From: Candidatus Bathyarchaeota archaeon
GTDB taxonomy: Archaea > Thermoproteota > Bathyarchaeia > TCS64
Reading direction: 5' to 3'
Assembly (NCBI GenBank): GCA_963771885.1
Contig: CAVYVF010000023.1
Span: forward strand, 768,001-832,000
Length of the DNA stretch: 64,000 bases
The notes below the pieces were generated by a model. The model had not been told where the DNA came from. It did not search any database and was given only the letters and a program-made list of their open reading frames with translations. This document shows, one piece after another, positions 41,213 through 51,171 of the stretch. Position 1 is the first letter of the stretch; every line of letters starts with the position of its first letter. A program made the position numbers and the translations under genes.

Positions 41213-41593
41213 TCACAGAATCTTGTTCTGCCAGAGCCCTACGACATTGCCCTCTGTGTCCTTGAAGTAGGCGGACCAACCCATGTCGCCGACCTCCATC
41301 TTCTTTACGATGGTCTTTCCGCCGTTCTTCTCGATCTTCGTGAGGGCGGCGTCGATATCTTCGACGCTTACCGTGACGACGGTATGCAGCACCTCCTTCG
41401 TCCTCTTCATCATGCCGCCGTTTATTGCGCCGGGTCTCTTCGGCATCTGCTTCTCGTCGACCTCGGTCGTGTGGATCATCGTGTAACCCAGCTCCTTAAT
41501 ATCGTTCGTCTTCCACCCGAAAGTGGACCTGTAGAACTTCTGCGCCCTCGCCACATCGTCGGCAAGGATCTCAAAGTGCACTATCTCGTTCAT
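41213..41593 (-). CDS. VOC/glyoxalase family protein
   Basis: IVHFEI.ADD..RA..FY..FGW, INGGM, YFKDTEGN. Confidence 0.92.
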   Translation of the reverse strand: MNEIVHFEILADDVARAQKFYRSTFGWKTNDIKELGYTMIHTTEVDEKQMPKRPGAINGGMMKRTKEVLHTVVTVSVEDIDAALTKIEKNGGKTIVKKMEVGDMGWSAYFKDTEGNVVGLWQNKIL

Positions 41594-41783
41594 GCAACCG
41601 CCGTTGAATCATGGGGAAACTATCAATTTAAAGCGTATCGAATCTCGCGTACCTATGAAATACTAACCCATTTTTTATAAATGGGCTCACATCGGGGCTC
41701 TTGAACCTTATAATCGGTTTAAGAATCCTAGGTATTTGAGATTGGGGCTCCTCCCCCGTTATCATCTGCAATTGATATTCTAT

Positions 41784-42653
41784 TCAGCCGACGAATAGGC
41801 GACTCATATGCGTCCTCTTGGCCAATTCCTCCATCTCGTCGTCACCCGGCTTGGGGAGATTGAGGCTTGCCGCTTCAAGCACCCTGGGAAGCAGCCTAAC
41901 GTCTCCCGTGGTGTTCAGGAATATAGTGCCCTGCCCAAGTATCCACGAAACGGCCTTGTTGATGTCGAATTGATCCTCGAAGGGCTCATACCACGTCTTC
42001 GCCGTGTGGGTCTTCTCCCCCCAAGGGCCCTTGGTGAGGGACTTTATCGTCTGAACTGCTACGCCCCTGTCCCTGCACATCGCGAGGAGCTCCCCGAACT
42101 CCCTCCGGTACTTCTCGTCGCGGTGCAACACCCAGTTCCAGGGGAGGAGGACCGAGTCGAAGTCGTACCTGCCGAGGCTCCTCATATGCATGGCTGGGGC
42201 GAATAGACCGTGCCCCGTGACGCCTATGAAGCGTGTGAGGCCCTGCTCCTTCGCCTCAGTGAGCGCGTTCAAAGCCCCATGTTCACCCATCGCCGTCTCC
42301 CACTCGGAGGGGTGTGTGAGGTTGTGGAGCTGAATCAGGTCCACGCTCTTCACCCTGAGGCGCTCTAGCGACCTCTCGAACTCCGACTTCGCCTCGACGT
42401 AGGTCCGCATACCCGTCTTCGTGGCGAGGAAGAAGTCCCCCCTCCTCCTCTCCATCCACGGCCCTATGCGCAGCTCCGCGTCTCCATAACTCGCTGCCAC
42501 GTCGATGTGGTTCACTCCGTGCCTATCGAGTACCTTGAGGGTCTCATCAGCGATCTCCTGTGTGACGTCGCCAAGTGCGGCGGCGCCGAAGAGCGTGGCG
42601 CTGCTCTGATGCCCCGTCATTCCGAACGGCTGCCTTCTAATCATGACAATCAA
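41784..42653 (-). CDS. Aldo/keto reductase
   Basis: [32 protein letters not shown]. Confidence 0.92.
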   Translation of the reverse strand: MIVMIRRQPFGMTGHQSSATLFGAAALGDVTQEIADETLKVLDRHGVNHIDVAASYGDAELRIGPWMERRRGDFFLATKTGMRTYVEAKSEFERSLERLRVKSVDLIQLHNLTHPSEWETAMGEHGALNALTEAKEQGLTRFIGVTGHGLFAPAMHMRSLGRYDFDSVLLPWNWVLHRDEKYRREFGELLAMCRDRGVAVQTIKSLTKGPWGEKTHTAKTWYEPFEDQFDINKAVSWILGQGTIFLNTTGDVRLLPRVLEAASLNLPKPGDDEMEELAKRTHMSRLFVG

Positions 42654-42749
42654 TGAACGAATCAGTAGGCCGGTTTAAATAATCCACGCCCCCACCGCCG
42701 AAAGGGTTAAGCAAAAAGGGCGCAACATGAGACCAAACCGGGGACCTGA

Positions 42750-43397
42750 ATGGAGTTCTTCATCGACACCGCCGACGTCGCCATGATCAAGAAGTACTAC
42801 AGCATAGGCGTCGTAGACGGGGTGACAACAAATCCGACACTCATCGCCAAGAGTGGGCGCAAGTTCGAGGACGTGGTCAAAGAGATCGCCGAGGTCGTCA
42901 AAGGCCCGATAAGCGTCGAGGCCTGCAGCAACGCCTGCGACGACCTCGTCGCCGAGTCGAAGAAGATCGCTGCCTACGGGGAGAACATCGTCGTCAAGAT
43001 ACCGATGACAGCAGAGGGGCTCAAGGCGGTCAGGATACTCGACAAACTCGACATAAAGACGAACGTGACCCTCGTCTTCAGCGCCAACCAGGCTCTCCTA
43101 GCCGCCAAAGCTGGGGCGACATACGTCAGCGTCTTCGTGGGGCGCCTCGACGACAGGGGGCAGGACGGCATGGAGGTCATACAGGAGGTCATGGACATTC
43201 TCGACAACTACGACATGCCGAGCAAGCTCATCGTCGCTAGCATAAGGCACCCTCGCCACGTCACTGACTCCGCACGCATGGGTGCACACGTCGCCACCAT
43301 CCCCCCGGACATCATCGAGAAGATGCTCAGCCACCCCCTCACTGACGACGGGCTCCGCATCTTCGCCAAGGACTGGGAGAAGGTACAGAAAGCCTAG
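42750..43397 (+). CDS. tal: Transaldolase (TalC/FSA family)
   Basis: FFIDTA, GVTTNPT, VVKIP, NVTLVFS, YVSVFVGRLDD, ASIR, HPLT. Confidence 0.92.
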   Translation: MEFFIDTADVAMIKKYYSIGVVDGVTTNPTLIAKSGRKFEDVVKEIAEVVKGPISVEACSNACDDLVAESKKIAAYGENIVVKIPMTAEGLKAVRILDKLDIKTNVTLVFSANQALLAAKAGATYVSVFVGRLDDRGQDGMEVIQEVMDILDNYDMPSKLIVASIRHPRHVTDSARMGAHVATIPPDIIEKMLSHPLTDDGLRIFAKDWEKVQKA

Positions 43398-43445
43398 ATT
43401 CGTAAACTGTTTAAGCCGCGCACCCGCAGAGGAGACGAGCCAGAG

Positions 43446-44543
43446 ATGAGGGCACGCACCGCTGCGCCGCTTCTAATCGCACTTCTACTCCTCGTACAGG
43501 TGGCACCGGCACAGGCCGCGACCTCCACCTACAAGTACACGGAGACCTACACCTTCGAGAACAGGGGCACCGCCCCCGCGACACTCATGCAAGACGACAT
43601 CGCCGTACCCCTCTTCCTCAGCAACGAGTTCCAGACCATCACGATCACGTCAAGCAGCCCGAGCCTCGGCGCGCCGTACGCGGACGAGGACGGCAACATG
43701 CTCTCAGACCCGAATACCAGCCTGACCATACCCCCCGGGGGAGAGGTCGTCATCACCGTCACGTACCAGATCGTATCATCTGACGTCTCCGTCCCCGCCC
43801 TCAGCCTCTCATCAGCGGGAGTCGCAGGCGACATCCCCACTGGTCTCGTCTCCAATTACACGGGCACAACCAGCACGTTCTGGGCGGACGACCCCGAAAT
43901 CGCGGACCTTGCCCGCAGCCTAACAGCAAACGAGCCGACTGTCCTCGCAAAAGTGGCGCGCCTAGTCCGCTGGTTCCACGCAAACGTCACCTACCAAAAC
44001 CACGAGATACCCCTCATGCCCGACCAAACCCTAACCCAACTAGAAGGCGACTGCGATGACCAGTCCATCCTCCTCATCAGCATGCTAAGAAGCCTCGGCA
44101 TACCCGCCTACCTCGAGATAGGCATCGTCTTCAACTCGGGGATAAGCGGGGAGGACACCTATTGGGACGGCCACCTCAGCATCAAGGAGACTGGGCTCGC
44201 GTGGCACGGCTGGGCGATGGTCTACACGCCACCCTGGGGCTGGATACCCGTCGACCTCACCCTCGTCAGCGACAACGACCCCCTCCAGATGATCAAGAAG
44301 GCCCCCCAGTACACGGCTCCCGTCGTCACCGCGATGAATATATCCGAACAGACCTACACCACCGCGGGCGAGGAAACCAGGCAGAGGATAATCGATTCCA
44401 CCATCTACATCTCCTCCGTCGAGACCGCTGAAGGCATGCAGGCGGGATGGATCAACCAGACCATGATACTCCTCGCCGTCGGCATCTCCGCTGCTGTCGC
44501 CATCATGTTCTACGTGTCCCGGCGCAGGCAACAGCCAATATAA
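43446..44543 (+). CDS. Exported transglutaminase-like protein with C-terminal TM anchor
   Basis: Signal peptide; GDCDD, HGW, W.P.D.T catalytic triad; C-terminal TM helix then RRR. Confidence 0.88.
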   Translation: MRARTAAPLLIALLLLVQVAPAQAATSTYKYTETYTFENRGTAPATLMQDDIAVPLFLSNEFQTITITSSSPSLGAPYADEDGNMLSDPNTSLTIPPGGEVVITVTYQIVSSDVSVPALSLSSAGVAGDIPTGLVSNYTGTTSTFWADDPEIADLARSLTANEPTVLAKVARLVRWFHANVTYQNHEIPLMPDQTLTQLEGDCDDQSILLISMLRSLGIPAYLEIGIVFNSGISGEDTYWDGHLSIKETGLAWHGWAMVYTPPWGWIPVDLTLVSDNDPLQMIKKAPQYTAPVVTAMNISEQTYTTAGEETRQRIIDSTIYISSVETAEGMQAGWINQTMILLAVGISAAVAIMFYVSRRRQQPI

Positions 44544-44575
44544 ACCCGCATAACCAACCCTCACACGGTGAAGCT

Positions 44576-45097
44576 TTGGAGATACCCGAGGCCATACTGA
44601 AGAGAAAGAGCATACGCGCCTACGCCCCGAAGGGGCTCACAGATGAGGAGATCGAGACACTCATCAAGGCAGCCATAAGCGCCCCCAGCGCCGGCAACAT
44701 GCAGCCCTGGGGCTTCGTCGCCGTCAGAGATAGAGATGTGAAGGAGAAGCTCGTCGAGGCGTCTCACGGCCAGTCATTCATAGCAACGGCGCCGGTTATC
44801 ATTATCGTCTGCACGGAGGCGGCGAAGACGACGCCTCGCTACAAGGAACGGGGGGAGATGCTGTATTGTCTACAGGACACGGCAGCCGCCGTTGAGAACA
44901 TCATGATCACCGCGACAGCTAACGGGCTCGGCACATGCTGGATCGGCGCCTTCGACGAGGGAATGGCCGCCGAGGCGGTCGGGCTTCCAGCTGGCATACG
45001 CCCGGTTGCCCTGATACCCGTCGGCTACCCCGCCCAGGACCCTACACCGAGACCCCGCCGCCCCGTCTCCGAGGTCCTCCACCAAGACCACTGGTGA
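44576..45097 (+). CDS. Nitroreductase family protein
   Basis: RKSIRAY, APSAGNMQPW, GLGTCWIGAF, PVGYP; TTG start assumed. Confidence 0.92.
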   Translation: MEIPEAILKRKSIRAYAPKGLTDEEIETLIKAAISAPSAGNMQPWGFVAVRDRDVKEKLVEASHGQSFIATAPVIIIVCTEAAKTTPRYKERGEMLYCLQDTAAAVENIMITATANGLGTCWIGAFDEGMAAEAVGLPAGIRPVALIPVGYPAQDPTPRPRRPVSEVLHQDHW

Positions 45098-45145
45098 CTC
45101 CAACCCTTTTTATCGCCCCTGAGCCACCCTAGAAACCGAACAACC

Positions 45146-45913
45146 ATGCCTCAGAGATTCAGGTTCCTCGACCTAAAGGTCAACGACGCCTACACGAACA
45201 TGGCGGTGGATGAGGCTATAACAAAGGCGAGGGGAGAGGGAAAGGTTCCCGACACCCTCAGATTCTATATGTGGAAGCCGAGCGCCGTAACCCTCGGCTA
45301 CTTCCAGAGCGTCGAGGACGAGGTCAACCTCGAGGCACTCAGCCGCTTCGGCTTCAACTTGAACAGGCGCATAAGCGGGGGCGGGGCCGTCCTGAACAGC
45401 GAAACGGGGGAGATAACTTACAGCGTCATACTCAAGGAGGACGACCCACGAGTCAGCACGGACCCCGTCGAGTCCTACCACCTCCTCTGCCAGGGAATAA
45501 TCGAAGCCCTCGACGTCCTCGGCATAAAAGCCGACTTCAAGCCCATCAACGACATCGTCGTGGCTGGCAAAAAGATCAGCGGCAACGCACAGATCAGGCG
45601 CTACGGCGCCGTACTTCACCACGGCACCCTCCTCGTCGACTTCGACGCCAAACAGATGTTCGGCGTGTTGAAAATATCGAAGGAAAAACTCAGCGACAAG
45701 ATGATACAGCAAGCGGAGGAGCGCGTCACGACGATACGCCGCCTCCTCGGGCGCCAGATAGGCTTCGCAGAAGTCCGCGACGCCCTCGAGAAGGGATACA
45801 AGAAGGCACTTAACGCCGAGCTCGTAAAGAGCGAACTGACGCCCTACGAGCAGGAGTTAGTAAAGCAGTTCAGGGAACGCTACGCGAGTAGGGCGTGGAT
45901 TTACAGGAGGTAA
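45146..45913 (+). CDS. lplA: Lipoate-protein ligase, catalytic subunit
   Basis: NMAVDEA, LRFY.W, RRISGGGAV, NDI...KKISGNAQ, HGTLL. Confidence 0.93.
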   Translation: MPQRFRFLDLKVNDAYTNMAVDEAITKARGEGKVPDTLRFYMWKPSAVTLGYFQSVEDEVNLEALSRFGFNLNRRISGGGAVLNSETGEITYSVILKEDDPRVSTDPVESYHLLCQGIIEALDVLGIKADFKPINDIVVAGKKISGNAQIRRYGAVLHHGTLLVDFDAKQMFGVLKISKEKLSDKMIQQAEERVTTIRRLLGRQIGFAEVRDALEKGYKKALNAELVKSELTPYEQELVKQFRERYASRAWIYRR

Positions 45914-45918
45914 CCAAC

Positions 45919-46197
45919 ATGAAGAGATTCGAATTCAAAGTACCCGGCGGCAAGCTCCTCCGTGCCAAACTAGAGATCGTGAACGGTAGAATCACTTCCA
46001 TCCAGCTCAGCGGCGACTTCTTCATGGAGCCCGAGACTGACCTAGAGGAGCTGGAGACCAAGCTCACCGGCTTCAAGGCGGAGCCCCTCTACATCGAGCA
46101 GACAGTAGTGAGCTTCTTCACGAGCCACAAGACGGTTATGACCGGCGCACGCCCCAAGGACTTCGCCTACGTGATCAACCAAGCCATAAAAGCCTAA
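45919..46197 (+). CDS. Lipoate-protein ligase C-terminal accessory subunit (LplB-like)
   Basis: KVPGGKLL, I.LSGDFFMEPE..LE.LE..L.G; follows lplA with GGAGGT upstream. Confidence 0.85.
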   Translation: MKRFEFKVPGGKLLRAKLEIVNGRITSIQLSGDFFMEPETDLEELETKLTGFKAEPLYIEQTVVSFFTSHKTVMTGARPKDFAYVINQAIKA

Positions 46198-46495
46198 AAA
46201 ATAGGCTTATTTTCCTTGTAACCCATTATTATCATTTTATTTCCGAAATAATCCAAAGAAAAAATATTTTCAGACGAAAAGAGAACGTTTTTAACGCCTC
46301 CTCCCTCACATTAATACGTGATTCTGGAGCCACCCGACCACCGGTTAGACGAACCGTAGACGGGCGGAGAAGGAACATCCACGATCTAATTCGGGTCAAA
46401 GACCGACCCAACATCATAGTATAACGCGACGACTTCGACGAGGCCCCGACAGGGCACAAAATCATCGACATAAAGCAAAGGGAGGTGAAAAACAA

Positions 46496-46675
46496 ATACC
46501 GACACACGGTTCGCTGACGAAGGCGGGAAAGGTGAGGGCACAGACGCCAAAGCTCGAGAAGTCCACCCTCAAAGTGGGTCACGGCTCAAGCCTGAAGGTG
46601 CGCAGCCACTACACGACACGCGTGATGCACCCAAAGCCCACAGATCGCAACGGCAGACCACAGAAGAGGTTCTAG
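46496..46675 (+). CDS. rps30e: 30S ribosomal protein S30e with ATA start codon (missed by the ORF track)
   Basis: GGAGGTGA at 46481, then ATA-CCG-ACA-CAC: (M)PTHGSLTKAGKVRAQTPKLE..., 59 aa, stop TAG at 46673-46675. Confidence 0.9.
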   Translation: MPTHGSLTKAGKVRAQTPKLEKSTLKVGHGSSLKVRSHYTTRVMHPKPTDRNGRPQKRF

Positions 46676-46690
46676 CCTCTCCTCTGGTTT

Positions 46691-47815
46691 TTATTTTCTG
46701 AAATCGGGGATAGGCGGGACGCAGCGCCTAAGCCTAGTGAAGGCCCGCGTCTTCTCCTCATCCCTTACCTTCGAGGATGATATCCCATTTTTCAACACCT
46801 CGACGGCCTCATCCATGGCACACCTATCGACCGGGAACGGTACACCATCCTTGCCACCGAATGCGAAGTTGAAACGGACCGGGTCCTCCCAACTCGCCCT
46901 GTCACCGTAAATGAGCTCGGCGACGAGGCTAAGCCCCCTGACGGTCGATGGTCCAACGCCCCTGAAGGCGACCAGCTCCTCATATCCCCGTGGCTGGAAC
47001 TCATAGACGTTGCGTAGCGTGTCCCAGTTGACGTTCCGGGGCATGACGAGTTGCTCCTCCTCAGGTTTCCCCGTCCACGAGTCGAGACGCCTCTGCTTCG
47101 CGGGCACTGGAGCTAGAATGCTCCTTCGGAGCCTCTCAGGGTTCTCCTTAACGAGGTCGACGCAGGCCTTCCGGTTCTCCTCGCTGGCGGAGTTAGTCAT
47201 GTTGAGGACGTGGGGGAGGCGCGTGTCACATAGTATTGCACCCTGCGGCTCCTCGATGAACCCGTTATGCTCAAGCGGCCAGTGGTAGCGGCGTGCGTCT
47301 CCTCTCTTCTCGTTGATGCCTTGCTGGATCACAATCCACTCCCCCTTCTCGTCGAAGAGGAAGCAGTGGTGATAAAGTTGGTACCCATCCTGGACGAGGC
47401 TGTTGTCCACCTTCGCCGCCATACGGCTGCTGTAGGCGAGTTCATCGATCATATTCTCTGAGAGGTTGAACGCCTCCCCCCTATCCCTGATCTCGGTGGG
47501 GGTCTTGAGTGAGGTCTTGCCCTTGCCTCCGCAGATGGCGAGCCCAGTCTCTTCTGGGTCGATCGCCTCCTTGAGGGCGCCGCAGGTAACCGTCGTCGTC
47601 CCGCTGCTGTGCCAGTCATATCCTAGGACGCAGCTCAGGCTCTGGAAGAACCACGGGTCGCTGAGGCGCGCCATAAAGCCATCGCGCCCGTACTCGTCGA
47701 TCACGATTCCCGTGATGCAGCGCGCGAGCTCGACCATCCTGCCGAATAGCCACCGAGGCGCCTTGCCGGGGTGCAGGGGCAGCAGAGCCGTCGCGTGGGC
47801 GCACATCGGCACCAA
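46691..47815 (-). CDS. DUF763 domain protein
   Basis: LPLH.GKAP.WL, DP.FFQS, DWHSSGTTT, AKVDN, DGYQLYHH, RRYHW, GGKDGVP. Confidence 0.93.
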   Translation of the reverse strand: MVPMCAHATALLPLHPGKAPRWLFGRMVELARCITGIVIDEYGRDGFMARLSDPWFFQSLSCVLGYDWHSSGTTTVTCGALKEAIDPEETGLAICGGKGKTSLKTPTEIRDRGEAFNLSENMIDELAYSSRMAAKVDNSLVQDGYQLYHHCFLFDEKGEWIVIQQGINEKRGDARRYHWPLEHNGFIEEPQGAILCDTRLPHVLNMTNSASEENRKACVDLVKENPERLRRSILAPVPAKQRRLDSWTGKPEEEQLVMPRNVNWDTLRNVYEFQPRGYEELVAFRGVGPSTVRGLSLVAELIYGDRASWEDPVRFNFAFGGKDGVPFPVDRCAMDEAVEVLKNGISSSKVRDEEKTRAFTRLRRCVPPIPDFRK

Positions 47816-47880
47816 GCTAGCCGAGGCGTGGTTAAAACCGTGAGCTACTTCGCGTGGGTGGGGAGGCGCGTGAAAGTGTG

Positions 47881-48495
47881 CTAGAGGTTCCCCGCCACGT
47901 CCTCGGCGACCACCTCGAGGCCCCTAGCTATTAGGTCGAGGCTCATATGAGGCTCTTTTTTGTCGAGAACCTGCTCAGGGAGCTTGGGGACGTGAATAAA
48001 TCCTGCAGGAATATTAAGTCGTTCCCTGGCGACGTAGTCCATCAGGTGGTAGAAAATCTGGTTGCATCCGAAGGCGCCAGCTGAATTGGATATCTCCGCT
48101 GGTACTCCAGCGGCGCGCACCTTGTCAAGCAGCCTCCTTATAGGAAGCCCCGTTAAGTAGGCGACGAGACCACCCTCCACGAGCACAGCGTCACGAGGCT
48201 TCTCGCCGCAGTTATAGGCGACCCTATTCGTGTCCGCGACGTTTACGGCGATGCGCTCAAGGTTGAGCCATGAGCCCCCACCCTGCCCCGTAGAGATGAT
48301 TGCTGCGGGTTTATGCCTCTTGATATGCCTCTCCAGTGTCCCCCGTATCTCGGCGAACCTGAGCGGAATCTCTTCCACCCTCACCGTGTACCCATTGTAC
48401 TTTCTCCCGTCGACTTTCTTACAGGCGAGTATGGATGGGTTGACCTTCTCGCCACCGAAGGGTTCGAACCCAGTAAGAAGAATGACCTTTGGCAA
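47881..48495 (-). CDS. pcp: Pyroglutamyl-peptidase I
   Basis: LTGFEPFGG..NPS, LERIAVN, SAG.F.CN, GFIHVP. Confidence 0.95.
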   Translation of the reverse strand: MPKVILLTGFEPFGGEKVNPSILACKKVDGRKYNGYTVRVEEIPLRFAEIRGTLERHIKRHKPAAIISTGQGGGSWLNLERIAVNVADTNRVAYNCGEKPRDAVLVEGGLVAYLTGLPIRRLLDKVRAAGVPAEISNSAGAFGCNQIFYHLMDYVARERLNIPAGFIHVPKLPEQVLDKKEPHMSLDLIARGLEVVAEDVAGNL

Positions 48496-48534
48496 CGTGT
48501 ATCGTTTGAATCTGACGCATCGACTATTTGGGGC

Positions 48535-49011
48535 TTAGCCGATGAGGCGCCCGTACCTATCGACTTCCTGCCTGCGGACGCGGGTGCTGCTTATCGGCTT
48601 ACCATCATCTGCGAGGACCATCTTCATGACGAAGATGAGCAAAGGCCTGTCACCCTTCTTCACCCTGATTTGATTGATAGCCTCAGCACCTTTCTCCGTC
48701 TCCTCGCTAACGAGAATGCCCTCTATGCCACCGTCTTTAATGGAGGGACCATATGGGTCGTCGAGCGGGAAGAAGGTCGCCCTCTCGAGGAGCCCCTTCT
48801 CGCAAAGATACTTTTCTACCTCGGCTAAGCGGACATCGTATGAGTCGATATCGTGCGGCTTCTTCATCGCAGCGGCGAAGCGGTCCGTCGTTATGCCTAT
48901 GACGACCCTATCGGCGATGTTGAATGCCTCCTCGAGAAGGAACCAGTGTCCCTTATGCATGACATCGAAAGTGCCCGCGACGGTTACCGTCTTGAGCCGT
49001 TGTTCCGCCAT
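48535..49011 (-). CDS. coaD: Archaeal phosphopantetheine adenylyltransferase
   Basis: GTFD..HKGH, DPYGP, VSEET, IN..R, ISSTRVR. Confidence 0.92.
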   Translation of the reverse strand: MAEQRLKTVTVAGTFDVMHKGHWFLLEEAFNIADRVVIGITTDRFAAAMKKPHDIDSYDVRLAEVEKYLCEKGLLERATFFPLDDPYGPSIKDGGIEGILVSEETEKGAEAINQIRVKKGDRPLLIFVMKMVLADDGKPISSTRVRRQEVDRYGRLIG

Positions 49012-49076
49012 GACAGGGTCCTCTGGAACTCTCTTATCCGAAACGTCATAGAAATTAAAGTTGTTGGGTGATTATG

Positions 49077-50639
49077 CTAGACGATGCCATACCTCATCGC
49101 GAGGAACCACTTGATCAGGGGCAGCCCGATGGCAATCAGAATCGCGAAGCGTATCACGTCCGCTATCATGCCGACCTTGATCATGTCCTTCATCTTGACG
49201 TACCCCGAGCTGTAAGCGATCGCCATCGCAGGCGTAGTGCTTGGCAGGGTACTTGGAATGGTCGTCGCGATAGCCGTGCCGATTATAGGCGCGATGGGGT
49301 TGATCCCCGCCGCGACGGAGAGGGACAGCGCCAGCGGGCAGGCTACCGAGGCGGCTCCCGTGTTCGACGCCGGGTAGCTCAGCAGGAAACCTATGAGGGC
49401 GCAGGCGCCGAAGATCACGAACTCGTTAGGAGAGTTGCCCATGAAGCCCTTGAAGATGATGCCCACCCAGTTGCTGAAGCCGCTCCTCATCAGGCCGAGG
49501 CCGAGGGTTATGCCCCCACCTACTAGGAAGACTATGTCCCAGTTGATCGACTCCTGAAGCAACTCGTCCCACTTTAGCAGGGGCCTGTCCCCCGCCCTTA
49601 GAAGCGGGAAGAGGAACATGGCGAGGACGGCCGGAGCCGCCTCGGGCATGACCTTGGCTAGAAGTTGGCTGAGAGGCTGGAGGCCCGCGTTGTCAACGGC
49701 GAAGTTGGCGACCATGCCGGGGATTATCCAGAGGAGGAGCGTGAAGAGCAGCATGCCAATCGTCATCTTCTCCCCCCTCGTGATGGGGCCAAGGTCGCTC
49801 AGCTCCTTCTTCAGCGTCGAGGCGTCGAATGGGAGAGTCTTCACCTCGGGCTTGATGACCCTGTAGACGATGACCCAGGTGAGGAACAGGCCGATTATGG
49901 CGTGGATAGTGCCAATGTAGAACCAGTCGACGAAGGTGATGTTGACGCCCGTCGCCTCGAGGACGGTCTTCTTCCCGATAAGGTTGGTTGTCGTGCTAGT
50001 CAGGAAGAGCAGGCTGCCCGCGGTCGCAGCCTGTCCGAGGGCGAGCATCGTCGCGGAGCCATAAGCACTCCCCTGCTTGAAGCCCTGCCTGAGGAGGAAG
50101 GCGATGACGAAGCCGTAGACGATACTCGTAGCGGCGGTCATCGAACCGGTCATGGTAAGGAGAAAGACGGGGAGGCAGGCTACGAAGAAGGCGGCGATGG
50201 CGGGGTTTCGAGTCTTTGTGAGGCTCGCCAGCGTAAGGGCGACCCTCTTGTCGAGTCCCCAGACCTGGAACGACTTTGCGAAGACGAAGCCTGAGATTAT
50301 GACCCAGATGAGTGGGTCCATGAAGGGGGCAAGTGCCTCCTTCCATAGCATTAGTCCGACGATGCCGAAGAGTATCGGCGGAACGAGGGCAGCGAGTCCA
50401 AGTGCCGTCGTCTCAAAGACCCACCAGGTGGCGGTCCAGAGCAGGACACCGAGACCGTACTTCGGCCCCTCCATGAGGCCGATACCCGCGGCATTGGCGG
50501 CCTCCGTCATCGCCACGTCATTTGGTATGAGGAGACAGATGATGAAGAGCAGGGGTCCCAGGTAGAGGCTTATCCTCTTCATGGGCCATTTAGATGCGTT
50601 TTCCTTGCCAGCGTTCGAGCCCAAGCTGACTACCTTCAA
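49077..50639 (-). CDS. DASS/SLC13 family sodium:anion symporter
   Basis: Many TM helices; INWDIVFLVGGG, SNT, LP..TP..AIAY.SG. Confidence 0.88.
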   Translation of the reverse strand: MKVVSLGSNAGKENASKWPMKRISLYLGPLLFIICLLIPNDVAMTEAANAAGIGLMEGPKYGLGVLLWTATWWVFETTALGLAALVPPILFGIVGLMLWKEALAPFMDPLIWVIISGFVFAKSFQVWGLDKRVALTLASLTKTRNPAIAAFFVACLPVFLLTMTGSMTAATSIVYGFVIAFLLRQGFKQGSAYGSATMLALGQAATAGSLLFLTSTTTNLIGKKTVLEATGVNITFVDWFYIGTIHAIIGLFLTWVIVYRVIKPEVKTLPFDASTLKKELSDLGPITRGEKMTIGMLLFTLLLWIIPGMVANFAVDNAGLQPLSQLLAKVMPEAAPAVLAMFLFPLLRAGDRPLLKWDELLQESINWDIVFLVGGGITLGLGLMRSGFSNWVGIIFKGFMGNSPNEFVIFGACALIGFLLSYPASNTGAASVACPLALSLSVAAGINPIAPIIGTAIATTIPSTLPSTTPAMAIAYSSGYVKMKDMIKVGMIADVIRFAILIAIGLPLIKWFLAMRYGIV

Positions 50640-50687
50640 AATGAGCCCGACAGCTACAAGAAAAAGATATCTCTCAGCTGTTCGCCG

Positions 50688-51074
50688 TCACTTGTAGTTG
50701 CCGAAGTTTGCGTGTGCAATGCGCCAGCCATCGCAGGTCTGCTCATAGACGAGCGTGACGGGGCCCTTCTGGGGAGTCTCGGACGTCGGGCGCTTGAAGA
50801 ACCAGACCGCGCAGACCACCGCATTGTCGTCAAAGTCCTCCACGTCGACGCCCTCAAGCCACAGCTTGTTCGCCGCCTTCTTTCCGCCCTTTACGAAGCC
50901 GAATCCCTCGTGGTGCTTCACCAGAGCCTCGTAGCCCTTGATCACGCCCTGCTTCTCCGAGGAAAAGTATGTAACGCGGTCGTCTCTGAGGAAAAGCCTT
51001 TCAACCTCGTCGAGGTCGTAGGTGTTCCAGAACTTGACCCAGTCGTCGATTATCTTGGGGTTGAACTTTACCAT
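50688..51074 (-). CDS. SnoaL/NTF2-like domain protein
   Basis: WN..DLD, T.VY....GWRIAH; start at MVKFNPK. Confidence 0.8.
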   Translation of the reverse strand: MVKFNPKIIDDWVKFWNTYDLDEVERLFLRDDRVTYFSSEKQGVIKGYEALVKHHEGFGFVKGGKKAANKLWLEGVDVEDFDDNAVVCAVWFFKRPTSETPQKGPVTLVYEQTCDGWRIAHANFGNYK

Positions 51075-51171
51075 GTATTCTCGTTGCGCCACGCGTTGAA
51101 GGGGTTTATGGTCGGAAGTATTTCTCCTCAATACAAGGTATTTTCTAGCCCTCGGGACACATGAAATGTGA

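Noticed and set aside
46232..46582. 116-aa minus-strand ORF
   Set aside because: Antisense to S30e and its leader, with no motifs.
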